Notes under the pieces: generated by a model | The model's input: only the letters and a program-made list of their open reading frames with translations | Told to the model about the DNA's origin: nothing | Databases searched by the model: none | Shown here: in pieces, positions 9,606 to 22,560 of the stretch | Position numbering within the stretch: position 1 is the stretch's first letter | How the letters are laid out: each line of letters opens with the position of its first letter | Translations under genes and position numbers: made by a program | NCBI GenBank assembly: GCA_019058445.1 | Contig: JAHPZA010000004.1 | Coordinates: 290,084 to 354,083 of the forward strand | From: Promethearchaeota archaeon | GTDB taxonomy: Archaea; Asgardarchaeota; Lokiarchaeia; Sigyniarchaeales; SOKP01 | Reading direction: 5' to 3' | DNA: 64,000 nt

Positions 9606-10952
9606 CTATTTTGGATGTTCATTCTTGATAATTGCGCCGGCTCCCATTCCAAGGCCTACACACATAGACGAGACGGCATATTTTTTGCCCGATTGCTCTA
9701 ATTGTTGTAGATTTGTACCTATTAATCTACAGCCTGTTGCACCTGTTGGATGTCCTAAGGCAATGGCTCCGCCCCAAGGATTAAATCGCTCGTCTCTCCA
9801 ATCTAAGCCTAATTCGTAACAACTTGCATAAACCACAGGACTAAAAGCTTCATTAATTTCTATGAAATCCATATCATCTAAAGTCATATTTGCTCGTTTT
9901 AATGCTTCCGGAATTGCTTCTATAGGTCCTGTAAGCATGAGTACAGGATCTGTTCCCACAACTGAGAAATTTAATAGTGTTGCTCGAATTCTAAATCCAT
10001 ACTCTTCTGCTAACTCACGGGTCATCCATAATTGTGCGGCAGCACCATCACTTGTCGGACAGCTATTTCCTGCAGTTAGAAATGCCGTACTTTTTCTTCC
10101 TGTAATCGTTCTAAGAGTAGATAACTTTTCCATGGTTGATCCAGGACGTGGAGTTTCATCCCGCTCGGTTAAAACTGAAAGACTAGAATCTTTAGCCACT
10201 TCATTATTATCATCCAACATTACTTTTCCATTCTCATCTAATTTTGGACACCAAATTGGTTCAATTTCTTTCCCTCTCTGGTCCCAAGTTTTATCGGCTT
10301 TTTGATGGGAATATAATGATAAACTATCCATTTCAGTTCTAAATTCTTGAAGGCTTAATCCTGCTTTTTTCATCCAAAATACGCCCATGGCATGAGCGGA
10401 AGGGATTTGCCCTGCAAAGGGTGCTTTATATTCTTTCATTTTTTGAGCAACTTCGGGATGAGTCACGATTTTTCCATTTGGGTTTACCATGATTCGCTTA
10501 TTCTGCTCACTATCCCAAATATAAGCATCTTCCATAATTGGATATCGATTTTGGACTTCGACCCCCCCACAAATGACACAATCATGTAATCCTGAAGCAA
10601 TTGCCTGCCAAGCGCTAAAGACCACCTGTGAACCGCTGGCGCACTGACGATTTATGGACATTCCAGGTATAGAAACGGGTAAATGAGCTGCTAATGCCGC
10701 AGTTCTCCCTATATCCAATGCACAATCTCCAATTTGACTATTGCAAGACACGATTGAATCTCCAATTATTTTGGGATCAATTTTTATGCGATTTAAGATG
10801 GTTTTATAGCAATGAACAACTAAATCATCTCCTCTATGTAGCCCTACCGTCCCTCTTTTTTTTCCGACGGGTGTTCTTACATAATCAACTAGTACTGGTT
10901 CTCTTTTAGGGTCCTTAAAATATTTATCATATAAACTAACGGGTTCTGGCAT
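9606..10952 (-). CDS. thiolase (acetyl-CoA C-acyltransferase)
   Basis: INRQCASG, INEAF, GHPTGATG and MCVGLGMG catalytic motifs. Confidence 0.95.
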   Translation of the reverse strand: MPEPVSLYDKYFKDPKREPVLVDYVRTPVGKKRGTVGLHRGDDLVVHCYKTILNRIKIDPKIIGDSIVSCNSQIGDCALDIGRTAALAAHLPVSIPGMSINRQCASGSQVVFSAWQAIASGLHDCVICGGVEVQNRYPIMEDAYIWDSEQNKRIMVNPNGKIVTHPEVAQKMKEYKAPFAGQIPSAHAMGVFWMKKAGLSLQEFRTEMDSLSLYSHQKADKTWDQRGKEIEPIWCPKLDENGKVMLDDNNEVAKDSSLSVLTERDETPRPGSTMEKLSTLRTITGRKSTAFLTAGNSCPTSDGAAAQLWMTRELAEEYGFRIRATLLNFSVVGTDPVLMLTGPIEAIPEALKRANMTLDDMDFIEINEAFSPVVYASCYELGLDWRDERFNPWGGAIALGHPTGATGCRLIGTNLQQLEQSGKKYAVSSMCVGLGMGAGAIIKNEHPK

Positions 10953-11097
10953 ACCTTTTCACATCTTTTTTGTTTAATAAAATTTATTTTTTTTTGAATA
11001 ATTATTACTTTTCAGCATGATGATGCTTAATCTTAATTAAACTAGTGGAAATTTAGTAGAATTCTCTGAGATCTTACATTAATAAACTCGATTCAGT

Positions 11098-11370
11098 TTA
11101 AAAATCGTAATCAAATCCCTTATATTTATGTTCGGGCTCTTTAAACTCGTACGAAACATTTTCAACTGTTGCATATTTGGGCCCTTTTTTAGAGAACGTT
11201 AACAACTCATCTAATTTTTCTTCAGGACCCTCCGCCTCAATAAAAACGCTCCCATCAGGCATATTTTTAACAATACCAGTTAAACCTAACTTTCTACCTA
11301 CTTTTCTGGTAGTATAGCGAAAAAATACGCCTTGAACATGCCCATAAACATGAATTATAATTCTTTTCAT
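11098..11370 (-). CDS. acyP: acylphosphatase
   Basis: VYGHVQGVFFR and GIVKNMPDGSV signatures. Confidence 0.95.
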   Translation of the reverse strand: MKRIIIHVYGHVQGVFFRYTTRKVGRKLGLTGIVKNMPDGSVFIEAEGPEEKLDELLTFSKKGPKYATVENVSYEFKEPEHKYKGFDYDF

Positions 11371-11394
11371 AAGGAAATTAAGATAGTTTGTGTT

Positions 11395-12528
11395 TTATTT
11401 ACTTGCGAGATTTTTCATAATGCGGATATTATCATCCAATTCCTCTTTAGAAATTCCGGGAAAGATATCTAAAGCAAAAATTTCTTTGGTAACTTTTTCC
11501 ACAACGGGAAGTTTTATTTTTGAGTAGTCAATATCCTTTCCATAAAAAGGGCAGGACCAAGGACAACCTCTAGGATATCCAATCTTTTTCTGAAATAATT
11601 TAGTCTCATATAGAGGTTTCGGATATAAAATTTTACTATTGGGAAATTTGGAGATAAACTGATCTTTGTCTAATCCAATAATATCAGGATGAATCCTCCC
11701 AATCCAATAATTATACGCTGGTTCGCAATACTCTGGGATGTAGGGTGGATCGATTCCTACAATACCGTTTAAAGCATCAGTCATGTATTGAGCATTTTCA
11801 TTTCTTACGCCAATATATTTATCTAATTTTTTTAGCTGTATCCGGCCTATGGCTCCTTGAATTTCGGTCATTCGATAATTCCATCCTAAACGATTATAAG
11901 CATACCAGTAAGGTTCACCATGGTGTCTTAGTAATCGACATTGTCTTGCCAGTTTAGTACTATTTGTTGTTACAATTCCTCCTTCTCCGGTTGTCATATT
12001 CTTGGAAGGGTAAAAACTAAAAGTCCCTAAATCTCCAATTGAACCGACCCGTTTACCATTAAATTTTGCTCCATGAGATTGACAAGCATCTTCAATTAAA
12101 TATAGGTTGTGTTCTTTTGCAATATCTAAAAGAGGACCCATATTTGCAGTTACTCCTGCTAAATGTACAGGCATTATAGCTTTTGTTTTTCTAGTGATTT
12201 TTTTCTTTACTGATTCAGGATCTAAAGTATAAGATCGGTTATCTATATCTGCAAATATCGGAATTGCATTGTTATGCAAAAGAGAGCTTGCCGTAGCAAT
12301 AAAAGTGAATGGAGGAATAATTACCTCATCTCCAGGCCCTATATCTAACGAAGCTATAGAAATATGTAAAGCAGCAGTCCCGGAATTCACTGCAATCGCA
12401 TACTTAACACCTATATATTCAGCGAATTCTTTTTCAAAATTTTCAACTTCCTTTCCCGCTAAAGATGAGAGGAGTTGAGACTCCATTACTTTCATAACGG
12501 CTGCTTTCTCTTCCTCTGAAATATCCAT
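11395..12528 (-). CDS. DegT/DnrJ/EryC1/StrS family PLP-dependent aminotransferase
   Basis: NSGTAALH, EDACQSHG and SFYPSKNMTTGEGG (PLP lysine). Confidence 0.93.
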   Translation of the reverse strand: MDISEEEKAAVMKVMESQLLSSLAGKEVENFEKEFAEYIGVKYAIAVNSGTAALHISIASLDIGPGDEVIIPPFTFIATASSLLHNNAIPIFADIDNRSYTLDPESVKKKITRKTKAIMPVHLAGVTANMGPLLDIAKEHNLYLIEDACQSHGAKFNGKRVGSIGDLGTFSFYPSKNMTTGEGGIVTTNSTKLARQCRLLRHHGEPYWYAYNRLGWNYRMTEIQGAIGRIQLKKLDKYIGVRNENAQYMTDALNGIVGIDPPYIPEYCEPAYNYWIGRIHPDIIGLDKDQFISKFPNSKILYPKPLYETKLFQKKIGYPRGCPWSCPFYGKDIDYSKIKLPVVEKVTKEIFALDIFPGISKEELDDNIRIMKNLASK

Positions 12529-12633
12529 GGTTAACTCAAGAATTTATATTTATTGAATTTAAAAATTTATAATATAACACTAGATTGTAAATCTTAAGAA
12601 GATGATGATTGCAAAAAATTAATATTAAACTAT

Positions 12634-13269
12634 TTAAAAATTGAGAAAATAAGTATTATTAGTACTGTCGTATTCCACAATTTTATTTTTCACAAGATTT
12701 TCAAGAACGCCTTCTAGCCAACGTTTACTTGTTTTGACCTGCTTTTTTATCTCATTAAAAGTCAAGTCATCATGCATCGCGAGTAAAAATAGAATTCTAC
12801 TTTTTACTTTTAGATGATCTGAATTAATAGCTCTTTCAAACTTTTTCTCTAAATCATATACTTTCATTTTCAAATGGGCTACTTCGTTGCTTAATTTCGC
12901 AATAACTTCATCTCTCGTCCTAAAGACGTTTAAACTGAATTGGAAAATCCGCTCTAATTGAACTTTCAAGTCTTCTTCATTTGGATATTTATATAGTTCT
13001 CTATTGAATTCTGCGAGGACGATTAAATAATCATTACCCTCATCATATTTATCTAACACTAATACAATGACTATTTCTTTCTCAGCATTATAAAATGACA
13101 CAGAATTCCAATCTTTTTCTTCTGTTATGATGTAAGATTCAGAGAAATTATGAGAAATTTGAATTTGTTGAATAATATTTTCTGGAATTTCTAAATCTTC
13201 GGGATACTTAAGGTAAACTGTACCACCGATCACTTGATCCCATTTAATTAAGAATATACCCGTAGGAAT
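12634..13269 (-). CDS. longin/uDENN-like N-terminal domain, coiled coil and C-terminal winged helix; probable ATT start
   Basis: The frame extends 12 codons above the listed start to ATT at 13269, preceded by the SD GGTGA, giving (M)PTGIFLIKWDQVIGG. The C-terminus has a wHTH-like pattern. Confidence 0.6.
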   Translation of the reverse strand: MPTGIFLIKWDQVIGGTVYLKYPEDLEIPENIIQQIQISHNFSESYIITEEKDWNSVSFYNAEKEIVIVLVLDKYDEGNDYLIVLAEFNRELYKYPNEEDLKVQLERIFQFSLNVFRTRDEVIAKLSNEVAHLKMKVYDLEKKFERAINSDHLKVKSRILFLLAMHDDLTFNEIKKQVKTSKRWLEGVLENLVKNKIVEYDSTNNTYFLNF

Positions 13270-13472
13270 CTTACTTCACCGAAAATCTAATCGTACTGAA
13301 TTAAAATAAAATTTCATACTAATAATAAATTCAGTTTATATATACTTAATTAAGCCATCGTATTATCATATATTTTTTTTAATGAATTTTAACTACGATG
13401 AAATTTCTAATTAGAAAGATCTTCTAAAAAAATAAATATAATAAAGATGATTTTTTAAATAGTGGATAATGT

Positions 13473-13736
13473 ATGTCTATTTTTTACGTTTATATTTTAG
13501 AAGTGAGTAGTAAGAGAGGAAAAAAAAGCTATTATACGGGATATACTAATAATCTTCATAGGAGATTGAGCGAACATAGAAATGGGACAGGTGCAAAATT
13601 CTGTCGCAGTAAAAAAATCGAATTAAAATATTATGAAACCTTTACAGATCGAAAATCTGCTATGAGAAGAGAAATAGAAATAAAATCATTCACAAAACAG
13701 AAAAAAAAAGAATTAATTACCGCATCGGCTGAATAA
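13473..13736 (+). CDS. GIY-YIG nuclease family protein (UPF0213-like)
   Basis: YVYIL...YYTGYT...RRLSEH...AMRRE. Confidence 0.9.
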   Translation: MSIFYVYILEVSSKRGKKSYYTGYTNNLHRRLSEHRNGTGAKFCRSKKIELKYYETFTDRKSAMRREIEIKSFTKQKKKELITASAE

Positions 13737-13740
13737 ATAG

Positions 13741-14541
13741 TTGCTGAAACCAAACTTTTTAATTTGTTTAGTAGGATTACCAGCATCAGGCAAAACCACT
13801 TTTGCTAAAAAGCTTAAAAAATTTCTTGAGCAAAATCGGGAGTATCCTAAAGTAAAAATCATTGACCCGGACATAATTCGAAATGCTCTAACTCCAGATC
13901 AATTTGATTACCAACAAGAGCAATTGGTCAGAAAATATAATTTAGACGAAGTGAAGAAAGGTCTAAAAGAGGGGTATATCGTAATTTCTGATGATTTAAA
14001 CTATTATTCTAGCATGAGACATGATTTAAAGCTTATATCTGAAGAATATGATCTCAGTTTTTTTATAATCCACATCTCAACCCCCCTTGAAATTTGCTTA
14101 AAATGGAATGAAAAAAGAGGTGGTTTATTGCCAGAAAGTGTAATTAAAAGTATTGCTCGTAAATTTGATATTTTTGATAAATACAAATGGGATTATCCCA
14201 TGGCATCAATTAACTTATCTGAAGTAAAAAGCCTTACTGAAGTCTTTGAGGAGTTAATGAGCCAGATCATATATAAAATAGAGGATAGCTATAAACGGGA
14301 AAATGAGGGGGATAAATTACACCCTTCTTCAGAACTGTATAATGAGATGTTAGATAAACAAACAAGAACTATAGTAGGGGAAATATTGAAGAATTCTGAA
14401 TTCAATCTCTTAAAAAACCAAATTCTCAAATACAGAAAGTTGTATATAAAATTAAATCGTAACAAATCTTTAGAGGGGTCATTCATCTCAAAGGATTTCA
14501 AGGACTATTTAGCGAAGAATTTACATATACAACTATCATAA
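13741..14541 (+). CDS. pstK: L-seryl-tRNA(Sec) kinase (PSTK/Kti12 family)
   Basis: P-loop GLPASGKTT, DDLNYYSSMR, CLKWNEKR, KWDYP and a helical C-terminal domain; TTG start. Confidence 0.8.
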   Translation: MLKPNFLICLVGLPASGKTTFAKKLKKFLEQNREYPKVKIIDPDIIRNALTPDQFDYQQEQLVRKYNLDEVKKGLKEGYIVISDDLNYYSSMRHDLKLISEEYDLSFFIIHISTPLEICLKWNEKRGGLLPESVIKSIARKFDIFDKYKWDYPMASINLSEVKSLTEVFEELMSQIIYKIEDSYKRENEGDKLHPSSELYNEMLDKQTRTIVGEILKNSEFNLLKNQILKYRKLYIKLNRNKSLEGSFISKDFKDYLAKNLHIQLS

Positions 14542-14613
14542 ACATTCTTGGAAACATTAATAATAAAAAATAAAGAAAAAGAAAATAAACCAGTATTTAC
14601 TTATTTATTTTGA

Positions 14614-16947
<2,334 letters not shown>

Positions 16948-17036
16948 TTAAATGAAACAATTATTTTCCACTTTTTTAGCTAATCTAATTATTTTAATAA
17001 TTTCTTATTGCCATACATCGATAATATATCACAGTG

Positions 17037-18080
17037 TTATTGCTTTAAAGCAATAATGATATCAATCCCTTCAAACGTAGTTCGTTGAATATCCTTAAAA
17101 CCTGCGTTAGCGAGCATTTCATTTTGTTCTTGTGCGTTAAGGTGTTTAATACCTAAACAAGTTTCAACGAATTGATCTTTTATTCCGAGTTCATAATTTG
17201 GGTTTCTGAAATCTTCTAATTTTTCTGGAAATGAAAGATCAAAAATCAGAAGTCGACCATTACTTTTTAATGCTTGATAAGCTTTTTCTAAGATATTAAA
17301 TCGAACATCAGGAAGGATTTCATGTAAAGTCACAACCATACTAATTATATAAAACTCATCATTATATGGGATTTCTTCACCCCTTAAACATTTCACAGAA
17401 ACCCGTCCCTCTAATTCCAATTCTAAAATTTTTTTTTTAGCCATTTCTATTCCATGATTAACAATATCTATTCCTGCAAATCTGCTATTCTGAAAAATTT
17501 GCGCTAACTGAATGATAAAACGTCCTGTTCCACATCCAATATCTAAGAATTTAATACCCTGCTCTAGCATTTGCTTTATGGGATCATCATTTCGAAGGTG
17601 TGTAAAATAATTTTTTAAGAAGATAAACATAGGCTTTGTTGCTTCTGCTACGAGTTCAGAACGTTTAGGTGAATAACCATCTATAATTCCTCCTATCTTA
17701 TAATACTCAGGAGAAATCCTCAACCTTTCTCCTATAACATTAACATTTATATTAAAAGATGCTAAGACATTTCTAAAGTTTGATTTATCACCCAAGATCT
17801 TATCCAAGAAAGGTTGAAATTTAAATCGACCTTCACTATCACAATCTAAGATTTCAAAAAAGTAGGCTGTTTGACACCAAATTTCCAAATATGGTTCATA
17901 AAGTCCTAATTTCGCAGCAATATCTGGAATAGTTAATCCCTTTTTGCTATTTTTTAAGGTTTCAAAGATCCCGATTTCGTTTCCAATATTAATCAGGTGA
18001 GTTGCAATATATCCTTTATTAAATTCATTTATCCTTGCCACTTGGCTTTTTATGTTTATTTTTTTCATAGTTTTTAGCAA
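17037..18080 (-). CDS. class I SAM-dependent methyltransferase with N-terminal HTH/dimerisation domain
   Basis: LDIGCGTG, GID, VTLHE and LKSNGRLLI. Confidence 0.88.
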   Translation of the reverse strand: MLKTMKKINIKSQVARINEFNKGYIATHLINIGNEIGIFETLKNSKKGLTIPDIAAKLGLYEPYLEIWCQTAYFFEILDCDSEGRFKFQPFLDKILGDKSNFRNVLASFNINVNVIGERLRISPEYYKIGGIIDGYSPKRSELVAEATKPMFIFLKNYFTHLRNDDPIKQMLEQGIKFLDIGCGTGRFIIQLAQIFQNSRFAGIDIVNHGIEMAKKKILELELEGRVSVKCLRGEEIPYNDEFYIISMVVTLHEILPDVRFNILEKAYQALKSNGRLLIFDLSFPEKLEDFRNPNYELGIKDQFVETCLGIKHLNAQEQNEMLANAGFKDIQRTTFEGIDIIIALKQ

Positions 18081-18237
18081 GATGGAATTTCATGTATAAT
18101 GATACTTATACAAAAAAAAAAGGATATATTCTTTTTTTTAATTTCTATTTATTAAAGAATAGGAAAGGCTTTATTTAGAAAACCTCTTATAAAATTCATA
18201 ATAAATTGAAATTATCAACCGAAAAGAGTAATTTTAA

Positions 18238-19443
18238 ATGAGTGATATTAAAATAAATTGGGATGGGCATATTGAAAAATATCAAAACGCGATGGAAGAA
18301 CTCAACCTTGATTTTTGCGTTCTTACCCGTGTGAAATCAATTACATACCTCACTGGCTGTTTCGTACCTTGGAAAAGTTATATTTTGCTTCCGAAAAAAG
18401 GGATGGGAAATCCAACTTTATTTACTGTACTCTTAGATGTAGAGCGGATTAGAGCCGAAGCTCAGTCTAGTATTGATGTACAAGGATGGGGGCCTATGAA
18501 AGGGTTTTTTTGGGAGAAAAAAACGCAATCCGCAGCGAAAAAGGCAGGAGTATATAATCCAAAAGGCAGGCCGCCGAGAATAGGAGTCGAATTAGGAATT
18601 GATATTTGCGTCACTGGGCAAATGCTTTCTTATACGGAAGCAGAATATTTGAAAAGAATATTTCCAGGGTGTGAGCTAGTAGATTTTAACGAGAAGACAG
18701 AACGAATACAATTCATTAAAGAGCCAGAAGAGATTTCTATGCTGCGTAAGGCAAGTGAAATCACAGATATTGGTCAAATTGCAGTTAAAAAAGAGCTAAT
18801 TGAGCGCCCACCGGGAAAAATTTTTACAGAAAATGAAATTGCAGGGATAGGAACCCTTGCCATGAGAAAAGCAGGGAGTAACTATGAATGGACGTTTACT
18901 GGAAATGAAGAAATTGGATCGGGATATCGTGCAAGTTGGACATTTAACGGGTGCACTCCTGCGACAAATAAAGAAGTACAGGAAGGAGAATCACTTTTAG
19001 TCGATTTACATAGTGAAGTAGGATGTTATTTAGGCGATCTTAGTCATAATTATGTGCTAGGAACATGCCCTCCTGAATTAAAGAAATTTAATGATGTCTA
19101 TGAACAACTCTGCTATACCCTTATCGATCATATGAAACCAGGTATCACGTTCGATGAATGTTACGAGGCAGTTCATAAAGTTGCGGAGAAAGAAGGGTAT
19201 GGAAATGATTTATTTTTCGGAATAGGGCATGGGATTGGACTTATTGGGAATGAATCCTGGCCCGTAATAGTTCCAGGGAAAGAATGGGGGCCAATGGTGT
19301 TTGAAGAAAATATGGTGGAAATTGCCGCAATTGTCTTTAATAGACCAGGGCTTGGAGGGTTACGATTGGAATCTCCTACGTTAGTAACCAGTAAAGGTGC
19401 AGAAGTTCTTCCCAAAACCCGGTTTGAAGTAGATTATGTCTAA
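18238..19443 (+). CDS. M24 (Xaa-Pro peptidase/creatinase) family protein
   Basis: Creatinase-like N-domain, IKEPEEI, DLH...GDLSH, GHGIGL and GLRLE. Confidence 0.85.
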   Translation: MSDIKINWDGHIEKYQNAMEELNLDFCVLTRVKSITYLTGCFVPWKSYILLPKKGMGNPTLFTVLLDVERIRAEAQSSIDVQGWGPMKGFFWEKKTQSAAKKAGVYNPKGRPPRIGVELGIDICVTGQMLSYTEAEYLKRIFPGCELVDFNEKTERIQFIKEPEEISMLRKASEITDIGQIAVKKELIERPPGKIFTENEIAGIGTLAMRKAGSNYEWTFTGNEEIGSGYRASWTFNGCTPATNKEVQEGESLLVDLHSEVGCYLGDLSHNYVLGTCPPELKKFNDVYEQLCYTLIDHMKPGITFDECYEAVHKVAEKEGYGNDLFFGIGHGIGLIGNESWPVIVPGKEWGPMVFEENMVEIAAIVFNRPGLGGLRLESPTLVTSKGAEVLPKTRFEVDYV

Positions 19444-19512
19444 ATTTTTTAGACTCTTTTTTTTACTTTTACAAAAAATAAAGGTTAAGGATTGAACATT
19501 GATTAGAGTACT

Positions 19513-20664
19513 TCAAATCGTTTTGACAAAATCTTCGATTCTATCCATGGCTTCCTTAAGTTTTCCAAATTCAGTTGCATAAGAGATCCTCAATTTATCA
19601 TTTGAGTAAGATCCGAAAATATCACCTGGTACAATTGCCACTCCCTTGCTTTTTATAATTTCTCTGGAAAATTCTGTGCCCGTCATATTAAAGTTTTTAG
19701 CGGAGGGCATGATGTAAAATGAGCCTTTAGGTTTTACGACATCAAAACCCATTCCCTTTAATCGGTTGTAGACAAGCAATCTTCTCTCATCAAATTGCCT
19801 CAAAATATCAATAAAAAAACGGGTATCCATCTTTAGCGCTTCTATAAATCCGTATTGAGCTGCATGGTTGGTGCCTGCAACCGTGTAAGTGGTATAAACA
19901 GACATTAAATCAATAATTTCCTTACTCGCAACAACGTAACCTAATCTGAATCCTGTAGCCGAAAAAAGCTTTGACATAGCATTTAATGTTATAGTACGCT
20001 CAAACATTCCGTTTAAAGAGGCGGGACTAACTTGCTTTAAGCCATCATACACATAATTCTCGTAGACCTCGTCACTTATCAAATATAAATCATTTTCTAT
20101 TACAATGTCCACTAATTCTTCTAATTCTTTCCTTTCTAATGCGTAACCAGTGGGATTATTTGGAGAATTTATGAGGATTGCTTTAGTTTTATCGGTTACT
20201 GCGTTTTTTATTTTTTCGATATTTGGGCTAAAGTCGTTATTTCTCTCAATTTCAATTACTTTCACTCCAAAAAATATGCCACAATAATAATAGGACACAA
20301 AATTTGGGGAAGAAATGATTAATTCATCACCAGGATTGAATATTGAAGCATATGCAAGAGTTATTGCTCCTGATCCGCCATTGGTAAGGATAATATTATC
20401 TTCCCAGCTCGCTTGAATCTCATTAACCTTAGTTAATTTGCTTTCTAGCAATTGTAATAATTCGGGAACACCTCTAGTTGGGGCATATGTTGTAATATTT
20501 TTGTTTAAGGCCTCAATATTTCCTTGTATCGCCGGTTGAGGTGTTAGGAAATCGGGTTGTCCTATCCCAAGGCTAATAACGTCAGATCTCCCCGAAGCTA
20601 GATCAAATAGCTCTCGAATTTTTGACTTAGGGGCTTGAGTCACTTTCTGAGATAATTCTTTCAT
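19513..20664 (-). CDS. class I/II PLP-dependent aminotransferase (AspC-like)
   Basis: NSPNNPTG, SDEVY and SKLFSATGFRLGY. Confidence 0.95.
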   Translation of the reverse strand: MKELSQKVTQAPKSKIRELFDLASGRSDVISLGIGQPDFLTPQPAIQGNIEALNKNITTYAPTRGVPELLQLLESKLTKVNEIQASWEDNIILTNGGSGAITLAYASIFNPGDELIISSPNFVSYYYCGIFFGVKVIEIERNNDFSPNIEKIKNAVTDKTKAILINSPNNPTGYALERKELEELVDIVIENDLYLISDEVYENYVYDGLKQVSPASLNGMFERTITLNAMSKLFSATGFRLGYVVASKEIIDLMSVYTTYTVAGTNHAAQYGFIEALKMDTRFFIDILRQFDERRLLVYNRLKGMGFDVVKPKGSFYIMPSAKNFNMTGTEFSREIIKSKGVAIVPGDIFGSYSNDKLRISYATEFGKLKEAMDRIEDFVKTI

Positions 20665-20753
20665 AATTAAGTTAACATTAACTTACCTATATTTAAAAAA
20701 CTTTTTCATTATAGTGGTAAAAAATGAGAGATCTTGAATATTATAATGAACTT

Positions 20754-21302
20754 TTACTTAATTTCGCCTAATTTTCTTAAAATTTGATTTACTAAATTAC
20801 TAAATGCTTGTTCTACATTCTCACCGTATTTTGCACTGGTTTCTATAAAATCGCTGGCATCAATCTCTTTAGCATATTTCTCGCCATCTTCAGTAGATAC
20901 AACGCGATCATCTTTTAAATCAATTTTATTGCCTATAAGTATATATGTACCCTCTTTTTTAACATATTTCTTAAAATCTTTCAACCATTTTGAATCTATT
21001 GTCTCAAATGTATTATGCCGTGTAACATCATAAACTAAAAGAGCACCAACACATCCTTGAAAATACATGGATCGTATGACATTATATTTTTCTTGGCCAG
21101 CTAGGTCCCACATAATTAGTCGAACGCTTGCATTGATCTCATCTACGTGGACGTCCTTCCGTATTATATTTGCGCCAAGCGTGGGCTTATAATCTTCTGA
21201 AAAACTTTGCTCAATGTACATATTTATCAAACTAGTCTTACCTACTGCGGCATCTCCAAGGACAACAATTTTAAAGACAAACTCTTTTACATCTTCCGAC
21301 AT
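20754..21302 (-). CDS. Rab-like small GTPase
   Basis: GDAAVGKT, WDLAGQ, NKID, ETSAK. Confidence 0.95.
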   Translation of the reverse strand: MSEDVKEFVFKIVVLGDAAVGKTSLINMYIEQSFSEDYKPTLGANIIRKDVHVDEINASVRLIMWDLAGQEKYNVIRSMYFQGCVGALLVYDVTRHNTFETIDSKWLKDFKKYVKKEGTYILIGNKIDLKDDRVVSTEDGEKYAKEIDASDFIETSAKYGENVEQAFSNLVNQILRKLGEIK

Positions 21303-21358
21303 TTTTCAAATTCCTAAGCTTGTGATTTATAATATTGTTTTATGCTATATTTAATTTT

Positions 21359-21937
21359 TTACTTTTTTTTTGATATTAATTTTAAGATAAAACTACTATG
21401 AGTGGGATCATGAGGATCCCTTAATCCTGAGTAAGTGATTTCTCTATTGGATGGCAATGACTTTTCCAAACTGTGAACTAAGAATCCAACGATAAAATTG
21501 CACGGAACTCCAACTTCGGAGCAAAATATGCAATTTTTAATTTCAAGAGTTATAGATTCTAGTTCATTAGTCATATAATTTTCGTGTTTTTCTAAAATTT
21601 TAATATGCCAGGTAGTTCTTATTAAAGTATTTAATTCCTTGATAACCTCTTCAAAGTTTTTTCCGTAGGGAAATAAATAAAAGGAAAACTTTTTACCAAT
21701 CTCAAATAATAAATTATAACATCCAAATAGCAAACAATTTTGGGCAGAAATAATTTTCTTAAAGGAGAAAAAATCTATGAACTTAGAAGAATCAATATCT
21801 CTTATATCCTTCAATTCTAACAGTTCTGCTTCTCTCAATATAGATTTAAGCCCATCATAGTCTAAAACATCAAGATAAGCTTGCATTAATGCTGTAAGAA
21901 CCTTATTATTTACTTCTCCTTTATAATCTCCAATCAT
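21359..21937 (-). CDS. V4R-like domain protein
   Basis: Helical N-terminus, EIGKKF, and NCIFC...PCNFIVGFL. It lies between two GTPase genes. Confidence 0.65.
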   Translation of the reverse strand: MIGDYKGEVNNKVLTALMQAYLDVLDYDGLKSILREAELLELKDIRDIDSSKFIDFFSFKKIISAQNCLLFGCYNLLFEIGKKFSFYLFPYGKNFEEVIKELNTLIRTTWHIKILEKHENYMTNELESITLEIKNCIFCSEVGVPCNFIVGFLVHSLEKSLPSNREITYSGLRDPHDPTHSSFILKLISKKK

Positions 21938-21984
21938 ATCCGCTCTAAATTCTTAAATTTTGATTGTTCAGTTATTATCCTCAA

Positions 21985-22545
21985 TTACTCAATTTTAAAA
22001 TCTACTCCATATTGGCTTAAGATACGTTGGATAAGTCTTAAAAAAGCTTTATCCACATTTTCGCCATTTAAAGCACTTGTCTCTAAAAAATCAATTGCAT
22101 TGATTTTATTTGCCAATCTTTCACCTTCTTCATATTTTACTACTCTATTTTCTTTTAAATCTATTTTATTTCCTAATAAGAGGAAATCACATTTTTTTTT
22201 GATATTATTTAGAAGATCCTTAAGCCATTTTGATTCAATATTTATAAACGTATCGTGTCTTGTAATATCATATACAAATAACACTCCAGAACACCCCTCA
22301 TAATATGCTTGTCGACAATTTTCATACTTTTCTTGTCCCGCGATATCCCAAAAGATCAAACGAATTAAAGATCCAATCTGTTCAATTTCAATATCTTTCG
22401 ATATAATATTTACTCCAAGCGTTGGTCGATAGTCTTCTAAAAAGGTATGTTCAATATATTGATTAATTAATGAAGTTTTTCCTACTGCCATGTCCCCTAA
22501 AACTAATATCTTAAATGTCCATTGCTTTATTTGACCGTTCGCCAT
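21985..22545 (-). CDS. Rab-like small GTPase
   Basis: GDMAVGKT, WDIAGQ, NKID, ETSAL. Confidence 0.95.
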   Translation of the reverse strand: MANGQIKQWTFKILVLGDMAVGKTSLINQYIEHTFLEDYRPTLGVNIISKDIEIEQIGSLIRLIFWDIAGQEKYENCRQAYYEGCSGVLFVYDITRHDTFINIESKWLKDLLNNIKKKCDFLLLGNKIDLKENRVVKYEEGERLANKINAIDFLETSALNGENVDKAFLRLIQRILSQYGVDFKIE

Positions 22546-22560
22546 AATTGTTTCTCCATT

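Noticed and set aside
9625-10909. Antisense or nested ORFs in the track (here opposite the thiolase; likewise 14931-16361, 49182-49662, 58208-58537 and others)
   Set aside because: They are shadows of well-supported genes on the opposite strand and contain no motifs.
13473-13736. GIY-YIG ORF considered as a homing endonuclease or mobile element
   Set aside because: It is an 87-aa stand-alone UPF0213-type protein with no DNA-binding extension and no intron or intein context.
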